Shown here in pieces: positions 1 to 10,466 of a stretch of 42,509 bases of DNA. Position 1 is the first letter of the stretch. Each line of letters starts with the position of its first letter. The translations under genes were made by a program, and so were the position numbers. The notes under the pieces were generated by a model. It ran no database searches, had not been told where the DNA came from, and worked only from the letters and a program-made list of their open reading frames with translations. Location of the stretch: contig CAMVKK010000003.1 in assembly GCA_947168075.1 (NCBI GenBank), positions 1 to 42,509 on the forward strand. The letters run 5' to 3'. This DNA is from an uncultured Alphaproteobacteria bacterium. Its GTDB lineage: Bacteria > Pseudomonadota > Alphaproteobacteria > Rs-D84.

Positions 1-1
1 C

Positions 2-658
2 CTATTTTACCGATGTTATCGGCGGGAAACAATCTCCCCCAGATTTTGGACAGCACGCAAATACCAAATTTCCCATATCTTTAAATGTTTCGTCTGTACA
101 ACAACCATACTTATTCGGTTTCGTCCCGTCCCCGCAAAGCCCCGCCGCCAAATTAGCATCATATTCAGCCGCCCATTGTTCATCGGTCTTTTCGGTTGCC
201 ACCGCGGTTGCCGCCCCTGACTTTTCAGTGCAATCCATTTCATATACGCCACGCATAGATGCCAACATATCTGATTTTGAATCGTCTTTTTCCAATTTTT
301 CAATTTCGGAATTCAATTTATCGCAATTAGATTTTTTGTTTGCTAAATATTCGCTTAATGCATCTGGGGTTGTTGTTGATGCGGTTGATTCAACATTTTT
401 CACAATAACAGGAATATTTCGCGCAACCGTTCGCCGACCAATTGATTTAGGTAAACAATTTGCCCGATAATGCACCTGTAATTGCTTTAATTTTTCTGCA
501 TTAACATCATCCAATTTTTCCATTGCGGACAAAGCATCAATATCAGATTTTACTTCGGCACAAGTTCTGCGTTCGGTAATATTCTGCACAGTCGCATCAT
601 CTGCAAATGCAACACCTGTACACAATACGATTCCCGCAAATAATATTGATAATTTCAT
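2..658 (-). CDS. Secreted Cys-rich hypothetical protein
   Basis: 218 aa ORF with signal peptide (MKLSILFAGIVLCTGVAFA), two C-x~34-C helical segments and a Cys-rich C-terminus; GGGGGCGG RBS-like sequence upstream. Confidence 0.75.
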   Translation of the reverse strand: MKLSILFAGIVLCTGVAFADDATVQNITERRTCAEVKSDIDALSAMEKLDDVNAEKLKQLQVHYRANCLPKSIGRRTVARNIPVIVKNVESTASTTTPDALSEYLANKKSNCDKLNSEIEKLEKDDSKSDMLASMRGVYEMDCTEKSGAATAVATEKTDEQWAAEYDANLAAGLCGDGTKPNKYGCCTDETFKDMGNLVFACCPKSGGDCFPPITSVK

Positions 659-673
659 ATCCGCCCCCGATGG

Positions 674-1255
674 TTATTCATTAATAATTTTTTCAACCTG
701 CAATATAAAGTCGATTGCCGGGTTAGTTAATTTTTTTGCTTTTTCAAAAATCTCTTCGGCGGCCGCCTGCATATTAAGCCGTTTATAAGTTTCGACAACT
801 TCTATTGTTTCTTCGTGATCAAATTCATCATCTTCGATTGCACGCGCAATATCCAGTTCCTGACGAGCCAACTCGACATACGCATTGGCATTTTCAGGAC
901 ATCCACGTTCAGCCATCGATGCGTATATTTTTGCCCGTTCAATACGATCATCAACATCATCCGATGCCACTGGCAAATGACGTGACAACAACCGTTCTAT
1001 TTCTGCACATACACTTTGTGGTTCAGAAATCGCGACAATTTCAGTTTCTGACGGCGCAACAACAGAACTTTCTGGACATATTGTATTGGTTGGTTTATTA
1101 ATAGCCATTCCGACAAACAGCCCACAAAAAAACAGACCAGCCAACGCAACAATTCCCCAAAAACGTTGCCGGCGATTATGCACAACCACCGCACGCGTCA
1201 TTGCGACTGCCATTTTTGTATTTTGTGTTTTTGTTTTTCTGGTCTGTTTTTTCAT
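674..1255 (-). CDS. Membrane-anchored hypothetical protein
   Basis: 193 aa ORF; basic N-terminus, one TM segment (FWGIVALAGLFFCGLFVGMAI), helical acidic domain; AGGAGAG RBS. Confidence 0.75.
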   Translation of the reverse strand: MKKQTRKTKTQNTKMAVAMTRAVVVHNRRQRFWGIVALAGLFFCGLFVGMAINKPTNTICPESSVVAPSETEIVAISEPQSVCAEIERLLSRHLPVASDDVDDRIERAKIYASMAERGCPENANAYVELARQELDIARAIEDDEFDHEETIEVVETYKRLNMQAAAEEIFEKAKKLTNPAIDFILQVEKIINE

Positions 1256-1299
1256 TTTCTCTCTCCTCTTGGGCTCTTTTAACTCTTGTTATATTTTAA

Positions 1300-2010
1300 C
1301 TATTTTACAATACCATTTGCAATGGTAATTTTTTTATCGGCGCGATTTGCCAATCCCATATCGTGTGTCACGAACAGCATCGCCATATTATTTTTTCGTA
1401 CCAAAGCCAACAATTGGTCAAATACCGCCGTTGCATGTGCCGGGTCCAGGCTGCCCGTTGGTTCATCCGCCAATAATATTTCAGGTTCGTTTGCCAATGC
1501 GCGTGCAACCGCTGTGCGTTGCTGTTCCCCGCCGGACATTTCACCAGGTAAATGTTCCGCCCTGTGCGCTACACCCGCCGCACGCAATAATTTCATTGCG
1601 CGTTTTTGAGCAATTTCTTCATCAACACCATTTGCCAGCATTGGCAACACAACATTTTCAACCGCCGTAAAGTCCGACAGTAAATTATGTCGCTGATATA
1701 CAAATCCTATCTTTTTCCGGCGAATAATTGTACGGGAATCTTCACTCATTTTATGAACAGGGGTACCGGCGATAATAATGCTGCCGGATGTAGGTTTATC
1801 CAGCAACCCAACACACTGCAACAGTGTTGATTTACCCGACCCCGATGGACCGACCAGCGCAATAATTTCCCCACGGTGCAAATTGAAGCCGCCACCGCGC
1901 AGAATATGCAACGGCTGACCACCTTCGACAAAAGTTTTTTTAATATCGCGCACCGACATAACAATATCGCCACGATTTACCCGTGATAAAGAATTTAAAA
2001 TACCAGCCAT
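1300..2010 (-). CDS. lolD: Lipoprotein-releasing ABC transporter ATP-binding protein
   Basis: Walker A GPSGSGKST, signature MSGGEQQR, ILLADEPTG, VTHD; directly downstream of lolC/E. Confidence 0.9.
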   Translation of the reverse strand: MAGILNSLSRVNRGDIVMSVRDIKKTFVEGGQPLHILRGGGFNLHRGEIIALVGPSGSGKSTLLQCVGLLDKPTSGSIIIAGTPVHKMSEDSRTIIRRKKIGFVYQRHNLLSDFTAVENVVLPMLANGVDEEIAQKRAMKLLRAAGVAHRAEHLPGEMSGGEQQRTAVARALANEPEILLADEPTGSLDPAHATAVFDQLLALVRKNNMAMLFVTHDMGLANRADKKITIANGIVK

Positions 2011-2019
2011 ATCTTATCC

Positions 2020-3276
2020 TTATTCATTTCTTAATACATCAACCGGATCTGTATTTGCCGCCTTCCACGCAGGATAAAGTGTTGCAAGAAATGCCAGCGC
2101 AATTGCCAACACGACAATACCTATGACCTGACTTGCAACTAACTTGGACGGTAATTCAGATAAATAATATAATTCCGATGGGAATAAATCGCGTCCCGTT
2201 GCCCACTGAAAGAACTGACGAATTGGCTCAACATAAATAGCGACAATAATCCCCAAAACCATACCAATAAATGCGCCAATAACGCCGATACTGGTTCCGG
2301 ACAAAATAAATATTTTCATCATAGATTTGCGCGACACACCAAACGTGCGCAGGACAGCGATATCTTTATTCTTATCCTTGACCAACATAACCAAGGACGA
2401 CACAATATTAAACGCAGCGACAATTACTATTAACATTAAAATCAAAAACATCACATTTGATTCGACCTGTAACGCACCAACAAATCCACGATTTAAATCG
2501 CGCCAATCCCGCACAACAAACCCATCCGGCAACAGGCGCACCAACGCATCCAAAACCCGGGTTGTATCATCTGGATTTTTAAGGAACAAATCAATATGTG
2601 TAACTGCATCGCCAATATTTAAATATTTCTGTGCCGTTTCCAATGGCATAAAAATATAGCCTGAATCATATTCATACATTCCCATAAAGAACGATGCCAT
2701 AACTGGATACGCCATAATGCGCGGCATTGTACCAAACGGTGTTGGTGTTGCCCCATTTGCCGAAACAAGTGAAATATTATCGCCCATTGTAACATTTAAT
2801 GCACGTGTAAGCGATGAACCCGCAACCAATTCGCCATCGGCAATCGCGTCCAGTGGTTTACCATAAATACGCGTACCCGTTCCAGACTTTGCCGCCAAAT
2901 CAGACATACGAATACCACGAATCATCGCGCCTGTATTATTACCATTTGCAGTTGCCATAACTTGACCTTCGGCAATTGGCACTATGGATGTTGTATGCGA
3001 ACTGACTATTTTATTTTGCGCCATTTTTTCAATAAGGAAATCATAGTCCTTTATTGCCCCGTCTTGGTGATAAACAACAACATGACCATTCATACCAACA
3101 ATACGCGACAAAAGTGTATCATGGAACCCACCCATAACGGACATCACGACAATAAGTGTCGCCACCCCCAGCATAATGCCAATTAACGACACCCATGACA
3201 CCACGGAACCAAATCCGCGCTTTTTCATGGCCAGATATCTAAATGCAACTTTTTTTTCCAGTTTTGAAAACAACAT
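2020..3276 (-). CDS. lolC: Lipoprotein-releasing ABC transporter permease LolC/E
   Basis: GIMLGVATLIVVMSVMGGF, AAFNIVSSLVMLVKDK..DIAVLRTFG, ATLYPAWKAA..DPVDVLRNE. Confidence 0.92.
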   Translation of the reverse strand: MLFSKLEKKVAFRYLAMKKRGFGSVVSWVSLIGIMLGVATLIVVMSVMGGFHDTLLSRIVGMNGHVVVYHQDGAIKDYDFLIEKMAQNKIVSSHTTSIVPIAEGQVMATANGNNTGAMIRGIRMSDLAAKSGTGTRIYGKPLDAIADGELVAGSSLTRALNVTMGDNISLVSANGATPTPFGTMPRIMAYPVMASFFMGMYEYDSGYIFMPLETAQKYLNIGDAVTHIDLFLKNPDDTTRVLDALVRLLPDGFVVRDWRDLNRGFVGALQVESNVMFLILMLIVIVAAFNIVSSLVMLVKDKNKDIAVLRTFGVSRKSMMKIFILSGTSIGVIGAFIGMVLGIIVAIYVEPIRQFFQWATGRDLFPSELYYLSELPSKLVASQVIGIVVLAIALAFLATLYPAWKAANTDPVDVLRNE

Positions 3277-3288
3277 TATTTTTATCCC

Positions 3289-4650
3289 TTAGTCATTTAA
3301 AAAAGCCCGCAATGCATCACCAACCAGCATTTCACGCGGGGTTGATTCAATCGTTGCCGGATCAACAACAGATATTAACCGCGGCGACATAAACACAACC
3401 AATTCTGCGAACGGGCTTATCAGTGTTTCCGGTGTTGTTACAAACGCATGTGTTGGAATACCGACAATTACATAGTTATCACCAACACTGGACGGAATTG
3501 TGAACGAAGACAATTCGCCATTTGATGTCCGCAAAACAATTTTCGCGTCAATTTTATTCAATCCGCCATAATCGCCGTATGTCGCCGTTGCGCCAATAGT
3601 CAGGTCTGTTTCCAGACGATCTTCCTTGCCACATTGACCAATATCAAACCGCGATTGCCATCCGTTTGGAATAGCAAATGTCCCCTGGGATATAAGGACA
3701 ACATTAGATTGTTGATACAAAAATTCCTGTAAAGTTTTTGTATTGATTTCAGGTCCCACAACAACCGCTCTTCCAACGACACCTGGTATTGACATTTTTA
3801 TATTTTTATCACCAAACGCCGGGAACAGGTTCATCCAAATAATCGGATTGTCCGTACGCGGATAAACACGATATACATCAATATCCCACGCCAACATATA
3901 TTTTTTAGACGAAATATCGGCAATCATACGCGCGACTTCGCGTTCGGTTTGGTAATTACCTTCAAATACAATTGTTTTATCATCCCAATTCACCAGCAAG
4001 TTGCGCATATCCGCCCCGTGCATAGCGTCCAGCAACGCCATTATTATTGTTTCGTTTTTTGGCATTTTGATTAACCATTTTGCACGGTTAGTCAGGTGTA
4101 TTACCCCTTCGGCTTCGTCATAGTAATAATAAACGCGCCCCATTTTTGCCATTAATTCCACCGCATCGCTTAATGTTCCGGTGGATATAGTCCCGGATAT
4201 TTTTTCAATTAATTCGCCATCTTCTTCGACTGAAATATCTGTTCCGTCCAGCAATTTATCCAATGCTTCGCGTACAGTTAATTTCTTGAATTCATAATCA
4301 GAAACCTTTAAATCCGGTAATTTATCGCCGGTATTAAGGCGAACGACCTCTATCTTTTCTTCGGGCACGACTGAAACAACACTTTGGTTGTTCCAATCAA
4401 CACTGCACCGTTTTGGCAGTTCGATTGAAAAGCGCCGCGCAGTATCAGTTGTTAATGCCGCCTTTTTTGGAAAGATGGGAACAGAATTTTCATCAATTAC
4501 CAAATTATTAATAACAGTAACCGTATCATAGTCTGGTTCGGTATCTTGATTCTGATTTTGTGTTTGGCACGCAGTCAGACCGATAATGCCGACACACATA
4601 CATACAATCACCACTTTACGTTTTATTAAATCGATAATATGTTTTTTCAT
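3289..4650 (-). CDS. Lipoprotein secretin, PilN/BfpB (type IVb pilus)-like, divergent
   Basis: Lipobox LTAC; STN-like segment LTVREALDKLLDGTDISV; C-terminal ELVVFMSPRLI resembles the secretin ELVIxxTPxI motif; other type IVb pilus genes are in the window. Confidence 0.6.
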   Translation of the reverse strand: MKKHIIDLIKRKVVIVCMCVGIIGLTACQTQNQNQDTEPDYDTVTVINNLVIDENSVPIFPKKAALTTDTARRFSIELPKRCSVDWNNQSVVSVVPEEKIEVVRLNTGDKLPDLKVSDYEFKKLTVREALDKLLDGTDISVEEDGELIEKISGTISTGTLSDAVELMAKMGRVYYYYDEAEGVIHLTNRAKWLIKMPKNETIIMALLDAMHGADMRNLLVNWDDKTIVFEGNYQTEREVARMIADISSKKYMLAWDIDVYRVYPRTDNPIIWMNLFPAFGDKNIKMSIPGVVGRAVVVGPEINTKTLQEFLYQQSNVVLISQGTFAIPNGWQSRFDIGQCGKEDRLETDLTIGATATYGDYGGLNKIDAKIVLRTSNGELSSFTIPSSVGDNYVIVGIPTHAFVTTPETLISPFAELVVFMSPRLISVVDPATIESTPREMLVGDALRAFLND

Positions 4651-4668
4651 CTGTTTCCCTCTTGTTTA

Positions 4669-4995
4669 TCAGATATTCATAAATTTTTCAAATTCCGCCA
4701 ACGACATTTCATAAATCGGTTTTTGGGTCGGAGTGGTCAAATTCTTAACCCGTTCGTATTGAGCATTAAATTGTTCCATTGCGCGTGCGACATCGGCGGG
4801 AATTTTAATCCGCCCGTCCGCACGCAACCGCCGTGCATATTCAACAATATATTCTAAAACATCCGCCGCATACATGCGTCCAGAATAATTTTCAATCGGT
4901 ATGCCGCCTTTTTGGACACAGATTGCGGACATTAGTATTGCGGTCTGATTATAATAATTTGCCAGTTTTATGAACTGTTGAACCGATAATGCCAT
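4669..4995 (-). CDS. Hypothetical protein
   Basis: 108 aa ORF with AAGGA RBS, TATAAT upstream, co-oriented with the secretin-lolCD genes. Confidence 0.6.
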   Translation of the reverse strand: MALSVQQFIKLANYYNQTAILMSAICVQKGGIPIENYSGRMYAADVLEYIVEYARRLRADGRIKIPADVARAMEQFNAQYERVKNLTTPTQKPIYEMSLAEFEKFMNI

Positions 4996-5034
4996 ATAAA
5001 AATCCTTTTCCTGTTTTTCACATTATAAAAACTA

Positions 5035-5063
5035 TTGCCCCCCGAACGCAATTAAATTATAAT
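5035..5063 (+). promoter_or_regulatory. Sigma70-type promoter, probably leaderless
   Basis: TTGCCC-17 nt-TATAAT ending 7 nt before ATG 5071. Confidence 0.55.
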
Positions 5064-5070
5064 AAGAATT

Positions 5071-5451
5071 ATGAGAATGAAAATTATCGGTGTATTATTA
5101 TTACTTGGCGCGTGCGCATCGGTCAACAGTGGCAACATTGATAATGCCACTATTCTTAATTGGGAAAACGAGGCTGTTACCACCGAACAATTCGTCCGTG
5201 ATCACAAGGCGTGCTTGGGATTAAAAGAAAATTCGTACAAACCGCGTTCACGTTTGGCCAAACTTTTGGCGCCGAACCAAAGTGGTATGATGCCGAATTG
5301 GGATGGACTGTGGGTTACATTTCAGTCGAACGAATATCGGGATGTTGGCCAGCGGTCATTGATGTCCGTGCCACGAAATGCGACATCTAAATCTGTTGGC
5401 GCATATCGCAGATGTATGTTCCGGCGCGGATATTTACTGCGTGCGATATAA
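5071..5451 (+). CDS. Putative lipoprotein
   Basis: Lipobox LLGAC after a hydrophobic stretch; D..AC ... Y..CM..RGY pattern. Confidence 0.75.
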   Translation: MRMKIIGVLLLLGACASVNSGNIDNATILNWENEAVTTEQFVRDHKACLGLKENSYKPRSRLAKLLAPNQSGMMPNWDGLWVTFQSNEYRDVGQRSLMSVPRNATSKSVGAYRRCMFRRGYLLRAI

Positions 5452-5489
5452 TTTTTGTAATACTGTAATTTTATGATATAATTGTTGCC

Positions 5490-6170
5490 ATGAAACGTTC
5501 ATTTTTGTTTTGGGTGTATTTTATTGTTGCCATTATTTTGGGCATATATTTCACGACCCGTATAGTTATGATTAGTATGGGACATGGTAATTTGGCAACA
5601 ATCCATAATATTTCAATTACATCTGATTCATCGGACGGTGATTTATCCGGGGTCCAGACAGCCGCCGCGGCGGGGCTTGGGGCGCCAACGGGTTCACTGG
5701 ATTTAGAAATATTAAATAATCGAATAAGGGCTGTACCAATTGTTCGTAATGCTGCAACACGGCGATTACCAAACGGAACATTGCGTGTCCGGGTCGAATT
5801 GCATCGTGCCGTGGCACAATGGACCGATGGGGTTGCTTTTTATCCACTGGCGGCGGATGGCACAACGGTTGAAACACCGATTGCCACGCGTGATTCAGAT
5901 GCAATTGTATTTCGCGGAACATTGCCCGATGATATTTCTGAAATTACTGCGGCGGCACAACCACTGGCGCAAAAGATTGATTATCTTGAATGGATTGAAA
6001 ACCGCCGTTGGAACATAATAACTGTTGATGGCATGACGGTTATGTTACCCGAAAATAATCCATTGGCATCGCTTCGTGAATTAATATCATTAAATGAAAA
6101 TCAGAATATTTTGGAACGCGACATCAGGGTAATTGACATGCGCGATTCCGCACGAATATTGGTAAAATAG
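5490..6170 (+). CDS. ftsQ: Cell division protein FtsQ/DivIB
   Basis: N-terminal TM, POTRA-like domain (VPIVRNAATRRLPNGTLRVRV), RRWNI and C-terminal VIDMRD; precedes an ftsA-like gene. Confidence 0.75.
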   Translation: MKRSFLFWVYFIVAIILGIYFTTRIVMISMGHGNLATIHNISITSDSSDGDLSGVQTAAAAGLGAPTGSLDLEILNNRIRAVPIVRNAATRRLPNGTLRVRVELHRAVAQWTDGVAFYPLAADGTTVETPIATRDSDAIVFRGTLPDDISEITAAAQPLAQKIDYLEWIENRRWNIITVDGMTVMLPENNPLASLRELISLNENQNILERDIRVIDMRDSARILVK

Positions 6171-6173
6171 AAA

Positions 6174-7946
6174 ATGAATCTTAATAATTCTGCTTTTTTA
6201 TGTCTGGACATTGGGTCATCGGCTGTTCATGGCATTGCACATCGTGTGCATGGCGCACGCATTGTAAAATCTGCGATGTTTACGGTGGAATCTTTTGATA
6301 CCGTTTCCGCGATAAAGGCTGTGGTTGACGAATTAGAATCTCAAATCGGCAAACATTTTGATAATGCATATATTACTGGAAATTTTGGTGAATCGTATTA
6401 CGAATTGGCAATAAAAAACCAAGTTTGGTCAAGTGGACATCGCATCACATCCGCCGATATAAGAAATCAGATATCCCAGATTACCCCCCCCGATGAATAT
6501 ATGCCATTGCATATTGTGCCACTGCGATACGACACACCAACGGTTCGTAATTTATTGACCCCAATTGGCCATATTGATATCCAGTTGGCTTCTGCATTTG
6601 GTGCGATATTTTATCCAATCGCAAATATTAACGAAGTAAATACATTTATGCGACGCGCCCATTTACAGACAAACGGATTTTTTGATCCACAATTTGTTCA
6701 AAACGCTGTATTTCGCAAACCCAAAACGGTTACATTATTTATTGATTTTGGTGCTGAATTTACATCTGCGTCCATATGGACGGATCGTGGACCGGTATGG
6801 CACTATAAATTACAAATTGGTGGCACAAATATATCGCAACAAATTGCCGAAGATCAAAATATCAGTTTCGGCGAAGCAGACCGGATAAAACGTGCGGTAT
6901 TTACTATGTTGCCCGGACCGACCGACCGATTTACGCCTGCGGACATTGCGTACGATTTTTCGCGTGCCGATATAAACGATGTCGTTGTAAAATATATGAA
7001 CGATATTATTAATGATATACGCGACAATGCTATGGACGCGATTGAAAAATATAAACCACAAAACATAATTATAACAGGTGGTGCATCGGACGCGAACAGT
7101 GTTGTTGATTTTGTATCAAATGCGTTTGGATTACCGTGCGAAAGTTTTCATGACGATGCATCTGTGCGCGCACTTGGCGAATTTATATGGAACCAAAGTG
7201 CATCTGAACGTGCAAAAATAATTGCACATACAGAACGCAGAAACACTCGCATTGACCGCATATTAAAGATATTCCATCGCAAACCTAAAAAGCGGCGTAC
7301 CTTTGTTCCGATTATGCCCAGTACACTTTGTTTCAATATGAACGATCCAACGACATACACGACATTTGATGCGGCGGGAATAAGCATGATTCATGTTGAT
7401 ATAATGGACGGTCTGTATGTGAACCGGATTGCGGGCAGCAACGAACAAATTCGTCAGATTCGCGAACGAACAACGGCGCATCTGCATGTGCATTTGATGA
7501 CGGAAAGTCCGTCCGTCTGGGCGGCGGACGCGATTGCCGCCGGCGCAGATACAGTTATTGTTTCAACAAATACATCGGGTGTACGCGCGGCGATACGCAC
7601 GATAAAATCATCTGGTCGGCGTGCCGGGGTTGCGCTGAACCCGGACACATCGCCCGACATATTAAAACCTGTTTTGCGGGACCTGGACGAAGTAATGGTG
7701 ATGGCGGTTACCCCCGGTGCCGCTGGTCAAGATTTTTCACCGGCGTGCCTGCATAAAATTTCTGTTTTGGCGGCAACGCGTAAAAAATATGATTTGCATT
7801 TCAAGATTTCTGTGGACGGTGGCATAAATGATAAAACCGCCCCGCTCTGTTGGGCGGCGGGCGCAGATTATTTGGTTTCGGGTTCATACCTGGCGCATGC
7901 ATCTGATTTCCCAATTGCGGTGCAAAGTTTATTAAAAAAACAATAA
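6174..7946 (+). CDS. ftsA: FtsA / ribulose-phosphate 3-epimerase fusion protein
   Basis: N-terminal part: LDIGSS, IDFGAEFT, IGGTNISQQIA, AEADRIK-like segment, IIITGGAS. C-terminal ~210 aa: IMPSTL, IHVDIMDG, VHLM, VMAVTPGAAGQ, VDGGI, GADYLVSGS (Rpe). One uninterrupted ORF. Confidence 0.85.
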   Translation: MNLNNSAFLCLDIGSSAVHGIAHRVHGARIVKSAMFTVESFDTVSAIKAVVDELESQIGKHFDNAYITGNFGESYYELAIKNQVWSSGHRITSADIRNQISQITPPDEYMPLHIVPLRYDTPTVRNLLTPIGHIDIQLASAFGAIFYPIANINEVNTFMRRAHLQTNGFFDPQFVQNAVFRKPKTVTLFIDFGAEFTSASIWTDRGPVWHYKLQIGGTNISQQIAEDQNISFGEADRIKRAVFTMLPGPTDRFTPADIAYDFSRADINDVVVKYMNDIINDIRDNAMDAIEKYKPQNIIITGGASDANSVVDFVSNAFGLPCESFHDDASVRALGEFIWNQSASERAKIIAHTERRNTRIDRILKIFHRKPKKRRTFVPIMPSTLCFNMNDPTTYTTFDAAGISMIHVDIMDGLYVNRIAGSNEQIRQIRERTTAHLHVHLMTESPSVWAADAIAAGADTVIVSTNTSGVRAAIRTIKSSGRRAGVALNPDTSPDILKPVLRDLDEVMVMAVTPGAAGQDFSPACLHKISVLAATRKKYDLHFKISVDGGINDKTAPLCWAAGADYLVSGSYLAHASDFPIAVQSLLKKQ

Positions 7947-7947
7947 A

Positions 7948-7971
7948 AAACACCGGCAAATGCCGGTGTTT
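7948..7971. terminator. Bidirectional intrinsic terminator (CCGG family)
   Basis: aaacaccggca-aa-tgccggtgttt between convergent ftsA-rpe and tsaE. Confidence 0.8.
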
Positions 7972-8401
7972 ATTTTATAACTATTTTCCGCCCGTCGCCG
8001 TGTTCGGTGATATATAAATGAATCGTGTTTTCGGGCAACATGGCGGACGCAATATCCGGCCACTCTATCAATGTAATGTCGTTCGCGATTGCGTACGGCA
8101 GCCCTATTTCCACCAATTCAGATGCATCGTTTATGCGATATAAATCAAAGTGCGAAATACCATCATAACTTTGCACAATTGTAAAAGTCGGGCTGGGGAC
8201 GACTGTGTCCGCCCCGCGCAGTGTTTGAATTATTGTGCGCGCAATCTCGGACTTTCCCATGCCCAGGTCGCCGTGCAAAGCCACCGTTACCGGCGCCCGC
8301 AGCGTTTTTGCAAATTCGCGTGCAAACGCCCGCGTTTCTTCAACATTTTTTAATACGAACTCTTTATCTGCACTTTGAACTTTGCACTTTGAACTTTCCA
8401 T
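7970..8401 (-). CDS. tsaE: tRNA threonylcarbamoyladenosine biosynthesis ATPase TsaE
   Basis: LHGDLGMGKS, VPSPTFTIVQSY, HFDLYRI, LIEWP; start placed at ATG 8401 with a GGAG RBS in the uvrB 3' end. Confidence 0.93.
   Translation of the reverse strand: MESSKCKVQSADKEFVLKNVEETRAFAREFAKTLRAPVTVALHGDLGMGKSEIARTIIQTLRGADTVVPSPTFTIVQSYDGISHFDLYRINDASELVEIGLPYAIANDITLIEWPDIASAMLPENTIHLYITEHGDGRKIVIK
8365..8396 (-). repeat. Coding heptamer-repeat element, copy 1 (tsaE N-terminus)
   Basis: tatc-tgcactt-tgaactt-tgcactt-tgaactt; encodes SSKCKVQSAD. Confidence 0.85.
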
Positions 8402-8405
8402 AGCC

Positions 8406-10397
8406 CTACTCCAATAATAATAAATCATCTTCCAACTTGTGTATAGTATCGCGCAATTCGGCGGCGTTTTCAAACTCTAAATCTTCGGCAGATTGGCGCA
8501 TCTTTTTTGTTAATTTTTTAATCTCGGCGCGAATGCTTTCCGCGTCCATAACACCACCGGTCTTGGTATAAACAAATTGACGCGCTTTATCGGTCTTTTC
8601 CGCAATATCGCCAACTTCGTCAAATATCGCCTTGGTAATAGTTTGTGGTGTAATGCCGTGTTCGGTATTATATGCCATTTGCTTTTCACGGCGGCGCGCG
8701 GTCTCGTCCAACGCCGCCCGCATTGAATCAGTTATTGTATCGCCATACAAAATCACGCGACCATTTGCGTTTCGCGCCGCGCGACCAATCGTCTGAATCA
8801 GCGAACGCGTTGACCGCAGGAACCCTTCTTTATCCGCATCCATAATCGCGACTAATTCACATTCGGGCACGTCCAGCCCTTCGCGCAATAAATTAATTCC
8901 AACCAGCACATCGTATTTACCCATACGCAAATCACGCAACAAATCAATACGTTCCAGTGTATCAATATCACTGTGCATATATCGCGCCCGCACCCCGTTT
9001 TCGTTCAGGTAATCTGTCAACTGTTCCGCCATTTTTTTGGTCAGTGTCGTCACCAGCGCACGTCCCGATATAGATTTTAATGTATCCAACAAATCATCAA
9101 CCTGGTGCGCGGTGGGGCGGACTTCGCATACCGGGTCCAGCAGCCCTGTCGGACGAATAACCTGTTCCGAAACAATTCCGCCGGACTGTGTCAGTTCCCA
9201 TTCCGCCGGTGTTGCCGACACAAATATTGTTTGCGGACGCAGTTTGTCCCATTCTTCGAATGTCAATGGTCGATTATCGATACACGCCGGCAGACGAAAA
9301 CCATATTGCGACAGTGTTTCTTTACGCGCCCTGTCCCCGCGCGACATAGCACCAATTTGTGGAACAGTTACATGAGATTCATCAATAAACAACACCGCAT
9401 CGCGTGGTAAATATTCAAACAAAGTCGGTGGTGGCATACCCGGTGCGCGTCCAGACAAATACCGCGAATAGTTTTCAACACCGCGACATGTTCCGGTTGA
9501 TTCCATCATTTCAATATCAAAGTTCACGCGTTCGCGCAGACGCTGTTCTTCGATATACTTCATATTATCGTGAAAATATTTCAACCGTTCTTCCAGATCA
9601 TTTTTTATTTCACCAATCGCCTGTAACACGCTTGGCATAGGCGTTGCATAGTGCGTATTCGGATAAACAACAATGCGGTCAAGTTTACCAAGTTTTGCAC
9701 CTGTCAATGTATCAAATTCCCAAATCTCGTCAATTTCATCACCAAAGAAAGATAATTTCCATCCCCTGTCCATCGAATGTGACGGGAATATGTCCAGTGT
9801 ATCGCCACGCACGCGAAAAGTTCCACGGTCGAACGCCAAATCGTTTCGTTTATACTGGATATCAACCAAGGCATGCATAACATCCGATACACCAATTTTA
9901 TCGCCGGTATGTAATGCAAACTTCATTCCGGAATATTGTTCCGGCGACCCAAGTCCATAAATACACGATACAGACGACACAACAATAACATCGCGTTCCT
10001 CTAACATAGCGCGCGTTGCACTGTGCCGCATACGATCCAGTTGGTCGTTTATAGACGCATCTTTATCAATATATGTGTCGGTGGTGGGAACATACGCTTC
10101 GGGCTGGTAATAATCATAATACGACACAAAGTATTCAACATGATTATTGGGAAAGAACGATTTCATTTCGGTATAAAGTTGCGCCGCCAAAATCTTGTTC
10201 GGTGCCATAATTAACGCCGGTCGCCCCAGTTCCGCAATAACATTCGCCATTGTGAAAGTTTTCCCAGACCCCGTCACCCCAAGCAAGACCTGATTTTTTC
10301 GACCATCACGCACCCCCGCAACAAGTTCGTTGATTGCGGTTGGCTGATCCCCCATGGGGGCATAAGAACTTTCAAGATTAAATACTTTTTTCGTCAT
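8406..10397 (-). CDS. uvrB: Excinuclease ABC subunit B
   Basis: [54 protein letters not shown]-terminal UVR motif; start could be TTG 10418 instead. Confidence 0.97.
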   Translation of the reverse strand: MTKKVFNLESSYAPMGDQPTAINELVAGVRDGRKNQVLLGVTGSGKTFTMANVIAELGRPALIMAPNKILAAQLYTEMKSFFPNNHVEYFVSYYDYYQPEAYVPTTDTYIDKDASINDQLDRMRHSATRAMLEERDVIVVSSVSCIYGLGSPEQYSGMKFALHTGDKIGVSDVMHALVDIQYKRNDLAFDRGTFRVRGDTLDIFPSHSMDRGWKLSFFGDEIDEIWEFDTLTGAKLGKLDRIVVYPNTHYATPMPSVLQAIGEIKNDLEERLKYFHDNMKYIEEQRLRERVNFDIEMMESTGTCRGVENYSRYLSGRAPGMPPPTLFEYLPRDAVLFIDESHVTVPQIGAMSRGDRARKETLSQYGFRLPACIDNRPLTFEEWDKLRPQTIFVSATPAEWELTQSGGIVSEQVIRPTGLLDPVCEVRPTAHQVDDLLDTLKSISGRALVTTLTKKMAEQLTDYLNENGVRARYMHSDIDTLERIDLLRDLRMGKYDVLVGINLLREGLDVPECELVAIMDADKEGFLRSTRSLIQTIGRAARNANGRVILYGDTITDSMRAALDETARRREKQMAYNTEHGITPQTITKAIFDEVGDIAEKTDKARQFVYTKTGGVMDAESIRAEIKKLTKKMRQSAEDLEFENAAELRDTIHKLEDDLLLLE

Positions 10398-10466
10398 TTT
10401 TTTATTCACAAAAGACAATATAATCTATTATAATCAAATTACAAGCAGGAAGAGAGAATATTACCC

